DNA of 62,961 bases, filler included, from Octopus bimaculoides (Eukaryota), in the NCBI RefSeq assembly GCF_001194135.2. It is 6 parts of 4 records of this genome, joined end to end, with 100 filler letters (N's around TTAATTAATTAA, not from the genome) between each part and the next. Parts side by side here need not be neighbours in the genome. Positions count along the whole stretch, not along the records: positions 24,321 to 42,237 come from NC_068997.1; 5 more parts are not named here. The stretch is one strand, 5' to 3'. Shown piece after piece: positions 24,321 through 38,224 of the stretch; within the stretch, counting starts at the first letter, position 1, and each line of letters begins with the position of its first letter. The notes beneath the pieces were generated by a model. That model searched no databases and was not told the DNA's origin. It saw nothing but the letters and a program-made list of their open reading frames with translations. A program made the translations under genes and the position numbers.

Positions 24321-25700
24321 ACGTGCAGTACTCAAAGACCAAGATTCAAGAACTCTTTAGACACACTCAAGAGGTTGACCCAGTCATACGAAATTTTACA
24401 AAGTTAACGAGTTAAAGTTTCAAAAGACATGGTGTTATTTATAGTTACAAAGGAAATGCTTAAAGGAATGTGTGTGTTTGTGTGTGTGTATGTGTGTGTG
24501 TGAAAAGCAGAGAAGAGAGAGAAGGAGAAAGAGAGAGATAGAAAGAGGGAGATAGAAAGAGAGAGATAGAGAGAGAGGGGGAGTACTGTAAAGATGTTTT
24601 GTCAATTCTTAGAAACAATCAGGAGACATATTCACAGAACTAAAAGTATCATGGATACCAACTGGACACGGATATATTTGCGTAAACGCTGAATTTAATT
24701 GATCTGCATCTCGTTTTCTACTTATACTGTCTAATAGCCTTAGTATTAAAACGGCGGTGAGCTGGTAGAAACGTTAGCACACTGGGCGAAATACTTAGAC
24801 TGCTGTCTTTACGTTCTGAGTTCAAATTCCGCCAAGGTTGACTTTACTAAATGCTTAAAAGAAGTGGTATTCAAACTTTCTCATCCTACCGTTTCCTTGG
24901 TTTCAATAACATATTCCTCGCGACTCCCAACTATCATCGCATCTGGTCGATTTAAAAGAAATCATCAATAATTTCTTTTAAATTCAAAATGCAGACTCTT
25001 AATATAAAGTTAAAAGTGAGGTTATTTATTTTAAAATAGTAAGGTTATTAATTCAGAAAAAGAAAAAATAATAGAATTTAATTACATAATTCATTGAACA
25101 TTTTTCGATTTTTTTTAATGAAAATAATTTATTGTTCTTAAAATTTTGAACGAGATGTCTGCACTTGATGTATGTGTATCAGATTCTCAAAAACAGACTG
25201 AAGGTCACGCAGAAAGAGCTTCACATCTCCATATTCAGTTACTTTCAGATTGTTTCATTGTTAGGAAAGAAGATTGGTGATTATACTTAAATGCTTTTCG
25301 ACTAGATATCATTTCTGAAAGGCAATAAGGAGCATCTTGACCTTATTTCACACACAACATAGTTTAGATACATCTGTCTACAACCAAAAGTCTCTTCATG
25401 CAATGTTTTTGAAGGTGGAATTCAAACTCAGTTGCATTTGGCAACGTGATCAATTTTTTTCTCTCTTTTTATTCGGTTTCCTGAATACAAAATGGTTATA
25501 AAAAGATTTATTACTCAATGTGCAATTGGCATCAAAGAACGATTCCTCAAATCTCCCAGTCCAAATATTTCATACAGTTCGCCTACGTATGCACAGTACA
25601 CTACGTGGCAATTACCGTCTAACACCGTTGTTCGTTCATAAGTTCGAGAAATGAAAGAGTTCGCAATGGTTAGTGTTGTGTTTGAATATATATATAACAC

Positions 25701-25956
25701 CAGTGGTTCTCAACCGGGGTCCAATATGATCCATGGAGGTCCATATAAGATTTTGTTGTTAAAATTTATGTGCAATTAATTGCTTATATTCCTACAATAC
25801 ACAAAATATATTAATTATTTTTATACAATTCCTAATAATATTTAATTATAAAAATACAGTAGGATTTTTTAATATACATCAAATGGCTATGGTAGGTCAG
25901 TAAAGGGAAATAGAAATCTAAGGTGTCCACAGGCGAAAAATAGTTGAAATTCACTG
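25701..25956. mobile_element. hAT-type MITE
   Basis: Termini CAGTGGTTCTCAACC and AGTTGAAATTCACTG (11/15 inverted match; hAT/Charlie-style TIR); 8-bp flanks do not match, so an old copy. Confidence 0.65.
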
Positions 25957-26815
25957 TTATAGATAAGCAAATGAAGACAATTAATTTTGGCGAGATTCAC
26001 ACCATTTTTCTGGCAATTTCTAATTTCATTGAATTTTACAAATAATTCTATGATGTGTCAGTAATTTCACTATCAATAGTTTTTTTCGTTCATTGCGGGG
26101 CGACATATTCAATGCTTGAAAGAATTCACACTTTCAGAAAAGTAAATAAAAGACTCTATGGCAGCTTTCTTTTAAAAGTTATCTGACTTTATTGTTAAGC
26201 AGCATCCGAAATATTCATAATTTGTAGGTCGGCGTATAAGTTGACTGGGTGCATATGACTACCTCAGAATGTAAGACAATATTACACAGAAGCAGGCTGC
26301 AGTTGCTGCTTTTGTGCAGGTGCCTCAGCATGGCTGCAGCTCTCGGGTTGGTACTAGTAAAAGAGTATGAGAATTTTCCATAAGACAAAACGTATATGCT
26401 GTTACCATGTTCAACATTTGTAACTTACAGTTGTATAAAATCCCAGGATTATAAAGGTTTTTAATTGAGATATAGGCGATGCAGTATAGCCACTAGTCCT
26501 TTACAAACAGCCCAATGGCTAGTGGGGTGATACAGTTAAGCTCACTTATACAACAATATATTTTGGTTATCAAAATTTGAACAATTCATTTCAAGCAATG
26601 GCAAAAAGTCATAATATACGTTGTTATGTAGTTAATCAAATTCAAAGTCACTCGCAAAATTACAATAAATAAAAAGAGATCGAGATGGAAAATGGCAACA
26701 CCTGTTGCAGTAACACAAACTAAATATTGTATTACTTTTCCTTGTCGTTGTAGCTTGGTTTAGCAGAGCAAGTGAGAGCTGCTCAGTATTTGAAATGTCC
26801 TTAGTTTTATATAGT

Positions 26816-27155
26816 GGAGGCACAATGGCCCAGTGGTTAGGGCAGCGGACTCGCGATCATAGAATCGCGGTTTCGATTCCTAGACCGGGCGTTGTAAGTG
26901 TTTATTGAGCGAAAACACCTAAAGCTCCACGAGGCTCAGGCGAACCCTGCTGTACTCTTTCACCACAACTTTCTCTTACTTCTTGTTTCTGTTGTGCCTG
27001 TAATTCAAAGGGTCAGCCTTGTCACGCTGAATATCCCCGGTACACGTGTCTGTGGAGTGCTCAGCCACTTGCACGTTAATTTCCCGAGCAGGCTGTTCCG
27101 TTGATCGGATCAACTGGAACCCTCAACGTCGTAAGCGACGGAGTGCCAACAACAA
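26816..27155 (+). mobile_element. SINE family C with small internal deletions
   Basis: Same head and tail as the 59306 copy; ends in (CAA)n. Confidence 0.9.
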
Positions 27156-27685
27156 CAACTACATCAGTCAAACTACAAATATCACCGCACTACATCGTAC
27201 AAACTGTTCCTGCATATTTACCAACCTAGTATACAGCAGCATCTGTAGATTTTGGGAAAAGAACAATGTTACATGTTCAAACTCAGAAGCAAAGTACCGA
27301 CGGGTTTAAATAAGTGTTTTTTCCTCCTCCTACTTTACTCACTCTTAATACAATAACTATGATTTTATAAATCTAACTGTCCTACCAGTTCAATTTTTCC
27401 TTCCGCCTCATACTTGTCATCTTTTCTAGTTTTTATTCCTTTTCCATTCTCTCTCTCTCACCTAATTTGTCTCTTCTACTTCTTCTCGTCTACGTATAAC
27501 ATTCTCAAGTAGTTCTGCTTTTCTTATTAGTTGCAACAAGTCGCTCAAAAACAGAGGATGTAAAACGTCTGTGTTTTCTTTTTTCCATCCACTGTCATTT
27601 CAACTTTGACCTAACATTCTGTCCGAAACGTTGGAAACTCCACTTCTCTCGGTAATATCATTTTACTTTTTCTGTCAATCTTTTT

Positions 27686-27783
<98 letters not shown>

Positions 27784-28009
27784 TGCATGCGGGTCGACTG
27801 TTTCTGAATATACATGGTTATGCATTCATACAGACATACAACAAGGCAGCAAAACTGCTTTTCTGTCCTGAATGAACTGAAATATTTCACTAATATATTT
27901 AGTTCAATGGAAACAACTATTGAAAGAGTGGCTGCACAGATAACTTTGATTATCCATCCATTAATCCATCCATCCACTAATCCATCCATCCATTCATCTA
28001 TATTCTCCG

Positions 28010-28330
28010 TCCACTATTCCTGGGAGACTCCTGGGAAGAGAATCTTCAGGCCCGTCTTCTATAGGGTCCTATCAGAATCAACCGTCATTAGACTTTCAGG
28101 TTAGATTCCCAGGCGTGGCCACTTGAGACAATGGATATTATCCAACCATCTTGTTCAAGGTTTACCCCCTCGGTCTCCTGTCGGTTGGTTCAGCTTGAAG
28201 AATGTTTTGCGATTCTTTCTCGAGTCATTCTACTTACCTGTCCATAGACCCGGAGCCTTGATCTCTCAATTCGAAGTCGCGGCTTGACTGGAGAGATTCC
28301 TTGATCTCCAAACGACGCATTCTGTGATTA
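28010..28330 (-). pseudogene. RTE-clade (Rex3/Expander-like) LINE 3' fragment
   Basis: Minus strand: RIERSRLRVYGQVSRMTRERIAK...GKP*TRWLDNIHCLKWPRLGI. Confidence 0.75.
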
Positions 28331-30409
28331 TATAGTTGATAAACTTTGTAACAAGACCCAGACCAGATGAATTTAAAACACCTAAATAAACTGGTACGCA
28401 TGATGTTACACTATTTGGCGAATCCGGACAAAGCTGCTGTGGGTCGAGCATTGTCCGGGTTTACCTTGACCCGTCGCAGCTGTTGGTATCAAGCATAACC
28501 TTGATTTTACAATTTATTTGCAATGGATTTACTGAGTTACTTACGGCAGGTTTAATATTATACCACAATATATTCAAAATGTTTTAAAGTGCCCTGTGAG
28601 TATTTTCCCCATTAAACTGTAAACTCTTCATTGCTTCTCGCGACAATCAGTAGGACTCTGTTCGTATTGTTTACACTAATCTTTGATCTCGTCTATTTAA
28701 CAGTAATTCATTTCATTACATCATTAGATATGGTTCATTAAAGACGAAATGGTTACTGAATACATTTATTGCAGAATTAATATTATATATATACTTTTAA
28801 TACACTGATTCACAGCTTTAAATATTTTAAAAATAAATGAAGCAGTAAAGGTTTTGATTCTATTCGCTTATTTTTAGTAAGGCTGTGAATTAACGCTGTC
28901 ATTAAAGCGGCACTTGTTCCGGTTTTCTGCACATCGAGTTCAAATCTGGCCGAAGCCAACTTCGCCGTCTATCCCTTCGGAATCGATAAATAAAGTACGA
29001 ATTGTGTTACTAGGGTCGATATCTCCTCTCCTTTCCCTCGGAATTGGCCATGTGAAAAGGTAAAAAGGCGAGTTCACATCGTTGTTCTAGCTATCCTTTT
29101 AGCATTATTTTCTGGACACACAATAAAAAGAAGCATATTTTAATAAAATTATTATTACTTCAGTCGCCATATACTAAAGCTCTTCAATAGCACATCATCA
29201 GCAACAACATTTAATATCAGAAGTCCTTGTAGTGCATCCTGAGATGCTGATGCATTTACCATTTAATCATATAAAGCTCAACTACTGAATCAAATGAAAT
29301 AGCTTCAACCTCTGCTTTTTTTCATCCTCAGAGATGTATTTCAATATAACCTTATCCTTAATCGAGCTTCCCAAACACATCTACAATTTTCAGTGAAAAA
29401 TGTTGAGCAATAGGACAATTAGAGAGCTGTGCGATTGTTTTACAGTGTTCCCTAAGGCAACGGTGACACTTTGAATTAGAGGATCTTAAGACTCAAATTT
29501 TATACTGCGTGTTTAAGATTACCCCCTGATTATGGAGCAATTTTTTCAGATTTAAATTCGGTTCGATACATCTACACATACAATTGTCCTCAACATGAAG
29601 CTATTGAAATGGAAAAGTGAAAGCGTGTGATAGTTTAATTCAGGCTATGATCGCAGGACTTAATGATCCGTGAAAGTTAAGGCTTTTACGACAAGATGTT
29701 ACATGTGGATTTAGATAATTCAATGAATATAAATTAGATACAGCTTCTTAAAAAAAATATGATAAAGCTATGATAATGATCTGTCATTGATTAGAAAAAT
29801 AAGCGGATTTTCCTTTCTTTTGATAATTTGTTAAAATAATATATTGACAGTTTTCATGTTTGATTTTTTAGAAACAATTCTTGAAAGAGATTTTTTTTCC
29901 ATCGAATGTTATTACAGCTTTTCTTCTGAACCAGGGAGGTAGACGAGCAAACCAAAAATAGCAGTTGGGTCGGCGTAGGCAACCTTAGTCTGATGAGTGG
30001 GAAACGATTTCGTAAAATATACATAATGTGCTTTACTTCATTAGGTTGTAAAATCATTTAAAAACAAATAAGTTATGGTATAGTTGGCGGCGTCCAAGCT
30101 TTTTTTTAGCGGCAACTGGCTGGAACTGGTAACAAAAGCAGTATAGAAATAAAATTTAAAATGTGATTTAAATATATGATAAAAGATTATAGCTAATGGA
30201 AGCTAGAGTTACTCTACGTCGGCAAAATCACTAACATATTTTTTGTATGTCATGGGGAAAAAGTAATCCTCCTCATTGTAACAAATGAATTTATCCAAAC
30301 TCACCAATATTGCACGGTTTGTACAGAACTGATGATGGTCGATGGTGTCTTAGCTTTTCCACAATCAACTGGATGGAACAAGTATCAAAAGCTGTACAGA
30401 TTATATACC

Positions 30410-30580
30410 ACTGGTCCTTCATCGGTTACGACGATGAGCATTCAGTTGCTCGACCAACTGAATTCCTATTTGTGAAATTAACTGTATAAGCGGTTGAGTA
30501 TTCTACAGACTTACCTTAAAGGTAACCCATAGGCCGAACCAGCGTGACAAGACTGGGCCTTTGAAGTACAGATATAATTC
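30410..30580 (-). mobile_element. Degraded SINE family C tail
   Basis: TCGGTTACGACGATGAG...GTGAAATTAAC...AGCGTGACAAGACTGG match the reverse complement of the family C tail. Confidence 0.6.
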
Positions 30581-30919
30581 AGAGAGATACAAGAACTGAG
30601 CCAGTAAAGGCAGTGCTTTATTTATCGACTCCTCTCGACACCAAAAAAAAAAATTTTTTAAGCGGTAAATTTGATGTTGGTGGGATTTGAACTCAGAATG
30701 TATACTGAAAACTCTTGACATTCTCACAATTCTGTGCCTTCACCACTCACGAAAGCAGACCTGCATATGAAATACATAAACATAAGAATAATGTAATTTA
30801 AACAAGAATAGTTATTATTACTATTTTTTTTAAACCAATTTTATTTCGGATTCAACCAAAATAGTTCGAGTTTCAATAAAATTATTGTTTTTACGGTTTC
30901 TACAATACTTTATTGAAAG

Positions 30920-31212
30920 TATATGACACAGTGGTAAGAGCGTCGGGCCTACAGTCATGAGGTTGTGAGTTCGATTCCCGGACTGTTGTGTTCTTGAGCA
31001 AGACACTTTATTTCATGTTGCTCCAGTTCACTAAGCTACAGAAATGAGTTGCAGCTTCACTGGTGCCAAACCGAATTGATAACATCGGTGGCGTGGAGAG
31101 AGGGAGACCGGTATGCATAGGCGACTGCTGCTCTTCCACAAACAACCTTGCCCAGACTTGGGCTTCGTAGGGGAACTTTCTAGGTGCAATCTCTTGGACA
31201 TTCATGGCCGAA
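30920..31212 (+). mobile_element. SINE family D (tRNA head, CORE, RTE-5'-like body; Ceph-type architecture)
   Basis: AGTGGTAAGAGCG...GAGTTCGATTCCC, then GTGTTCTTGAGCAAGACACTTTATTTCA, then GATAACATCGGTGGCGTGGAGAGGG...CTAGGTGCAATC. Confidence 0.8.
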
Positions 31213-31899
31213 TAGTTTTTATAGGGTACTTTTACACACTATAGATGGTCTACCTCTTTCAGAAGCACTCCACTATTAGCTCATGATTTATTTTCCAAAT
31301 ATTTTCACTGTCAACTATTTTTGACATCAAATATATTTTGAGACTTTACCATTTCTGCAATTCGAATTATTCCTTTAAACTGAGGTTTATTAACTGTTTA
31401 TCCGTGGAATGTTGTATATATTATGTAAATAAGTGTTTCTAAATTCTTTATCGTAGACAAAATAATTCTAGGCATCAACGATAATTTGACCTTTCCGCTG
31501 CCTATATAATCTTATACTTTCCATCAATTTTTTTTTTTTACACTGATGCAGTTTTGTATGCTAATTACGAAAATCGCTCTCATTTCTTTTACACAAAGGA
31601 ATAATTTAAAAGTTGCAAACCATTAAAGTTTAAATTTTAGCCAATCGGAAACCTCCATCATCGACATAAAAAACTTATAATTTTCAAGTGTTGACAATTA
31701 GACAATAAAAACATTACGAAACCTTGAAAGTTGCATTTTCTTTCTTTCTTTCTTTTGTAAGTAAAAAAATTAAACGTTACGAAACCCCTTTAAAGATTTA
31801 AAAATTTGGTAATAAAAAAAAAAAAACTTTTAGATATGAAAAAAATTGTAATTCCGAAATGAAAGAGAGAAAGAAAGAAAACAAGTTAACGACAATGAA

Positions 31900-32700
31900 A
31901 ATTGTGCGATGCACTCAAACAAATTTTGCTAGCGGTCGCAATTTTCGTACTTGCACCGCCGCATGAACAGCACCATTTATTTCCTCGTTTGAGGCCGGTC
32001 CGAGTGCTTTCCACTTGCTGCATATGAGTGCTGTCTTGCGAGTTGACAAACACAACGCTGTCATTCACCGTTCTGACTGGAAGTTTTATCTTGTTATTTC
32101 TGGTATGCACGAGTATGCTCACAACAAACCATTGCGTATCGTGGTAACCGGTAAATCTAAATCTCCAATGTCACGATTGTGACAAGGTTGTGCTTCGAGA
32201 TATAAACTGTCGAAATCCAACTTGTTCAGGTAGCACCCTTCCTCGACTATACTTACGTCTCGAAAACATTGTTTCGCCGATTTTAACATTTTTTTAAGGA
32301 CCGCCTACTTTGAATGACTTGCAGAGTAGATCCTCCGCACATATTTCACGGACATAGCTGTTATAATCAACAGTTGTGTTGTGGCTCATACCCAACGCTT
32401 CCATGCAAAAAACAGATAGTAATCAGTTCCTTGACCCATGATTAGGGAAATATAGTTACAGTTCTAAGAGAAAAGGTGCCACCTTTGAACCTTGTCCTTT
32501 TTCTCACAGACACATTCGTTGCATTTAATTTTGCTGCGGTGCCAACAAATGCTACCGTGGACTACTTTCATCTTCGTGGCATGTTTATTGCGACACATCT
32601 TCTTCGGGATTAATCCCTTCTCTGGAAAAAGGAAATATTGCTGAGTCCGCTTCCACGAATTTACTACTCGACGGGTGTCTAAACCATTAGCGAAAGCCTA
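31900..32700 (-). pseudogene. Merlin (IS1595/ISXO2-like) DDE transposase remnant
   Basis: Minus strand: TTVDYNSYVREICAEDLLCKSFKVGGP*KNVKIGETMFSRRKYSRGRVLPEQ and TVNDSVVFVNSQDSTHMQQVESTRTGLKR; these fit the Merlin motifs GGP..VEIDE..F..RKY.RGR and TVNHS..FV....HTQ..ES.W. Confidence 0.85.
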
Positions 32701-34404
32701 GGTGCATGTTGATATCAAGTCGTCCTTGATTGCAAAAACTTTTCTTTTTAGAAATGTTAATGTGTAATTCGAATGAGATTAAGCTGTTATCTCTGACAGG
32801 TTGGAGGACTACTTTGAGGTCTCCTTCAATGGAAATTCTTCCATCAGGAATGCTGCGATATGTCTGACTTGCAGCACCACTTTAGATGGATATTGCTATC
32901 TTTTATATTGTCGTTCTTACTGTTTGAGTCGAGGTCAGCCCCGATCATGCAGACTTATAATCAAAGTGCTTCATCCGTGGCTACCCAGTCTTATTTTCAG
33001 ACAATCTATTTAGGATTGCATTCTTCAATATATACTGCTTTGTTTAAGATGGTAAGTTGTGAATCCAGATCGATTTGGTCTCTATTTTTAGTGGGTCAAG
33101 CAATAACCACTTAGAAGTCTTCATCGCTGGCTTGACCACCTTTTACGATTCCAATTAGTTACCAATATCGACATGTTTTATTAAATCGCATGCTGGCAGA
33201 TGTCTTTCCTGTAAACAGTGACGCAGCAGGTACGAATAAATGAAAATTTCATTACTAAGCGAAATGTAGCTGGTTCATCTACAGTTAATTTGTTAGAAGT
33301 AGCAGTGCAGATATCATTCATATGTTTTGCAAACCGACAAAGTTAATGCACTCAACAAATTCAAATATGTATAGTTTTTTTCTACGCCAGTTACCTGGCA
33401 GTGTAGCGTATCTAGCAGTATAACGTACTCTCATGAAATCATGAATATTTTGACCAGAGAGCATTGTAGAAATACAAGCAGTATATTGTCAATCAATATT
33501 TTCACTTGTTAAACTTCATTGCCCACTCACCACTAGAATGTAATCTAGTCTTCCTAATACCATTTGATTCAATTACGAAGTGATTTATTCAACTATCGCA
33601 TTGAATTCCTTCGCAACTGTGGAACTGCCTCCAGTTTGACATTTTGTTAGAACAATCTCTTTAGGTTTTCTCTTTTCCTCGATGAATTCCATATTTTATT
33701 AGCAAAATCCTGACCAAGTTCTGGCTCCTGCACATTCATGTCTACAAAAAATGAAATTAACACTTTGCCTGTCCTGTGTATCACATGTAATACAAAAGTA
33801 CACAAGACATATTTCTCAGGCATCCACGCATCATATACGATACATAATCCTAATTTTTTTTCAGCCTCTAAAGTAATTTGGGACTTATGAAAAGAAATCT
33901 TAATGTTATTCAGAACGTATGAAAAGAAGCATGGACGTTTAGGACAAACTGGTTGAAATAATTTGGACAGGCAAAGGATTAAGGATTCTGGGAGTTTCCA
34001 ACGCATTCATTCAACAGCAAAGTGATTCATGTGTGTTGGTATGTGATGATTATATTAAGCAAACTTGTAGCCTTGCAGTTTAGTGGTGGGTAGGTCCAGA
34101 CTTACAACGTTCCTTTAAAATGATTGGTTTTCTTTTAGAACAGCGATTACCAGCGCAGCGAGTATCTCCTTCACTTGGTCAGAAGGAACCTCTGCGTGGT
34201 CGCTCGAAGTGCTAGAATTAGCAGCCATATCTCTTTCTGATTATACCCTACCATTTTACAAAGAAGGTAGGATACAATGAATAATGAAACCAGAGTTATC
34301 TTTTAAAAGGCAAGATGGTCATGTTTGGAATACTTTCGACCATAGATTTATCTCATCGATCTGGATTGGTCTAGGGTCTTACAACAGCTGCAACTGGTCC
34401 ATAT

Positions 34405-34407
34405 TTT

Positions 34408-34464
<57 letters not shown>

Positions 34465-34589
34465 CAGCAGTAGTCGTAGTAATATCAATGGCAGCAACAG
34501 TAGAAGTAGTAGTGGCGGTCTTGGTGGAATAGTAGCAGTGGTAGTAGTGGTTGTAGTGATGTAGTAATAGTAGTAACAGCAGCATCAGC

Positions 34590-34624
<35 letters not shown>

Positions 34625-34646
34625 GAGGAGGAGGAGGAGGAGGAGA

Positions 34647-34710
<64 letters not shown>
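34405..34710. repeat. (TAG)n compound trinucleotide tract
   Basis: Direct reading. Confidence 0.95.
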
Positions 34711-34711
<1 letters not shown>

Positions 34712-34782
34712 AACAAATGTATCTGAAACCAGGTCCAAACTAATTTCGGTGAGGCTGGAGGTCGGGGGAGGTAAAATGAAAT

Positions 34783-34840
34783 CGATTTCAGATTCCTGGG
34801 AGGTCCTTGAAACAAGTAACCTCCCAGGAATCTGAAATCG
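34783..34840. repeat. Perfect 22-bp inverted repeat with 14-nt loop
   Basis: CGATTTCAGATTCCTGGGAGGT-ccttgaaacaagta-ACCTCCCAGGAATCTGAAATCG. Confidence 0.95.
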
Positions 34841-35569
34841 GGGGACGGGATTGATCCTGGCATTTGAAATCAATAATGTTGCACCTTGCAACATTTCTGT
34901 CGGAGGTCCTGACCACCACTGACTTGTCATCGAGTGTCCTCTACTGCCAACTGTCACTTATTGCCCTTTCTTTTCTTTTCTTTTTTTCTTTTTCTTTTTG
35001 ACTTACTGATTCTGGAAGAAGAGGTTGAGTCTATGGCCCTTGCAGTCTTCCGGGGCTGGAGAGATTAATAACGTTTAAACTGCTGCAAATCGGCACTTGC
35101 AGTTAAGACTCCAGAGGACCAACGTTCTGGGGATGAAGGAGCGGGAGGGTTACTGGTTAGCACTGGAAAAACTTTTTATAAAATGTTACAGAGGTTGAAA
35201 GTTTGATCATTTCTATCCAATCAGAAAACAGGATTTGGAAGCTGTCAGAATATTTTGTTTGGCTGCCAGTTTTCAATCTCTTCAATTTCTGTTCAAATTG
35301 ATTTCATTTTCAGTGTAATGATGTAGTCTTATACGCTAATGAAATCTTGGTGATGGGGTGACGAAAAGGATGAGCTGGGTTTAAGTATGTGCAGACACCA
35401 CATTTTCGCCATAAAGAGTTATTAGCTTTTAAAATTTGCAAATTTTGGGCAATTTTAGCCAATCGTAAGCTACAGACATATTCATGCCTGTTTTCAAAGT
35501 AACAAGTCAAACATGAGAACTCTTTTGCCTGCGAGATAGCATGTGTTGACAAATATATTCTACACGAAA

Positions 35570-36060
35570 GCACGTGCGTCGATGCTTTGTTCTGCTGCTT
35601 GTGTCCATCTACGCTTGCACCTGGTCGAGAGATGTGCTAAATATAACAGCCAAATAGGCCTTAAATCACGCACTCCGAAATTTATTTTTTGGGTTTTTAC
35701 CAATCGTATGAATTCCGGATTGTAGAATGCAAATTCTCCCAGCGTTCACTATTTTCCTCTTGTTCTGGTCTAACAACCCTCCATGTTTGTTTTCGTTCGG
35801 TTTCCTTGTAATATCTCCACTGTCATGCTTTTGTTCCCAACTTTGACCCTCCATAAATGCTAAATTTATTTTAGAATTTATGGCAGTAACTGTCTTTGAA
35901 GACTCATATTGTCGTTGAATGCTCGAAATGAGGAGTAGATAGACAGCCGACAGCTGATGAAGGGTCCTTTTTCTGTGCTTACTTGTACTGTTTTCCATTT
36001 TTCTCGTTGTTTACGTATTTCATGTTATTTGCACCGTTGGTGACGTCCTGTACACATATA

Positions 36061-36112
<52 letters not shown>

Positions 36113-36276
36113 CATACATAGATACATACATACATATTACTTATTACTTAATTGAACACGACGTATCCATTTCCATGTATGTTTATCTTCACCTTTTTGA
36201 TGCGACTCTCTACTCTATAATTTCCTTTTTCTCCCCTCCCTCCTTCACCGCTTTCTATCTTTCTCTCTCTCCCTCT

Positions 36277-36355
<79 letters not shown>

Positions 36356-36680
36356 GTTGCTCACACCGGACCATCATCCATCTTTCTTTTCCTCACGTGA
36401 CCATCTTTCTTTTCCTGCACCGACGTTCAAAAGAACAGACGTGTTTTTTCTCTCACTTCTATCTTTTCTCATTAAAAAAAAATGTTTCCCCCCAGCGTTC
36501 ACTATTTTCCTCCCGTTCTGGTCTAACAACCCTGCATGATTGTTTTTAGTTCGGTTTCCATGTATGTCTCCCAACTTGACCCACCAAAATTCCTAAATTT
36601 TATTTTAGAATTTTTAGGTGCAACTGTCTTTGAAGACTCATATTGTCGTTGAATGCTTGAAATGAGGTGTAGATAGACAT
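35570..36680 (+). repeat. Two co-oriented copies of interspersed family E (about 35570-36055 and 36490-36680)
   Basis: CCCAGCGTTCACTATTTTCCTC...GTCTTTGAAGACTCATATTGTCGTTGAATGC..GAAATGAGG occurs at about 35738 and 36491. Confidence 0.8.
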
Positions 36681-38224
36681 CTGATATATATATATATATA
36701 TATCAATTAAAAATAAGGATAAAATCTATATACGATTTTAGGAAGTAGCCGGCGTGTAAAACCAATTAAACTTAAAAATTAATACGAAGTATATAATTTT
36801 TAAAAAATATATTATTATATTAAGGATGTTCTAAGAGAACATCCACGTTTAAGTGGGGATAAATATTACCTCTTAGTATTAATGCTGCCTCTGTCGCCTA
36901 TAAAAAATGTTTTTAACAAGCTCACTGAGTTTAGAGTATTATTTACGGTGAATGAAAATTAATAAACTGGATTTGCCATTCAGTCGAAAAAATGTTGCCA
37001 GCGTGTCGCTTTGAAGAGAATATCTTACGAGAGTATTTTAGGAATTAAGCAAACTATCATTCTTGCAGATTCAGCTGTTTTTTAACCAATTTTCTTATAG
37101 ATAGTCTACTTTTTATAGCATTCCAGTTATTCGATTTACATGTCCGAAGATAATTTTATTGACAGCTTTTTGCTTGTTCAAGATGAAAACATTTGTTGAA
37201 CAAAAACAGCAATCAGAAGTTTGTTTATTTCGCTATTTTGAGTAGCAATGTCAACAGGTATAGAGCAAATATCCGGAGTTAGAATTATTTAGGTGTACCT
37301 CCCACACTAGCAATGCGTTATTTGAAAAGAATAAAAGACCGACAGTGTCAACAGATATCAAACAAAAGACAATTTATAAATAAATTGTGACAGATTTACA
37401 CAAAAACTTCTTGATGATAATAAATAGTTTTATCAGAGCTTGTGACAACGTTATTAGTGCTGAAAACATTGTTTCCTGGCCGAAGTAAAAACATTACTCT
37501 TTGACGGAAGTTAAACCGCTTTCAATCTGTAGTGAGTGATCGTCTGCAAAACAGACATAAATAGCATGAAAATGCAGAGGTAATATTTTATAATATGTAG
37601 AGAAGGAGGCTGTATGTGGTAGCTAAGCGTGCTCGAAACACAGTAAAAGCTTCCTTAAACCATACCATACGGCCTTTTTCTCATTTCGTTTTTAAAGAAA
37701 AGTGAGGTACATTAAATAATGCAGTCTTAAAAGACGGGATAGTCACAGCTGGAAACAATGGTGTTCGAGGTGTTACTGTCCCATGAGACAGGTCAGTTTT
37801 TCACCATTTCAGCGTAGTTTTAGTTTGCGTTTGAAGTGTTAAAAGCTCTCTTTAGGACAGAAGTAACATGAGTTATTTGTCCCATGATGAGTGGTAAACA
37901 GACCTTGAAATATTTCAAGACAACCTCCCCGCCACTTTTTGTACGAAGTAATCCGCTTTCATTTTTCTGTGCGCGAAGCGACTAAAATTGTATATTTACA
38001 ACTGTTTAAAGTTTCACGGCAAAGGGTTAAATAATTGTAGTTTAAGTACGTCACACACACATATTACAAACACATCAATTTACACACAATACACAACACA
38101 TACACACAAATGACGGATCCTTTCTGTTTGGCTTCCAGCGTCAATTTTCTGTTGTGCAGTGATACACTTTTATAGGCTAATTAATGACGTGAAAGTATTT
38201 TTCGATATAAGTTTACTCCCGAAA

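Noticed and set aside
26816-26890. SINE heads as true tRNA genes (also 7445-7518, 59306-59380, 48823-48887)
   Set aside because: They lack complete acceptor stems and continue into shared SINE bodies
32800-34010. Possible degraded transposase or host gene (weak hAT, topoisomerase or MAT-like words)
   Set aside because: Only isolated short resemblances with many stops; no consistent motif order
35925-35970. GAAA...CTGATGA in family E as a type II hammerhead
   Set aside because: The required stem II strands (GCTC and AGGG) do not pair and no NUH site fits
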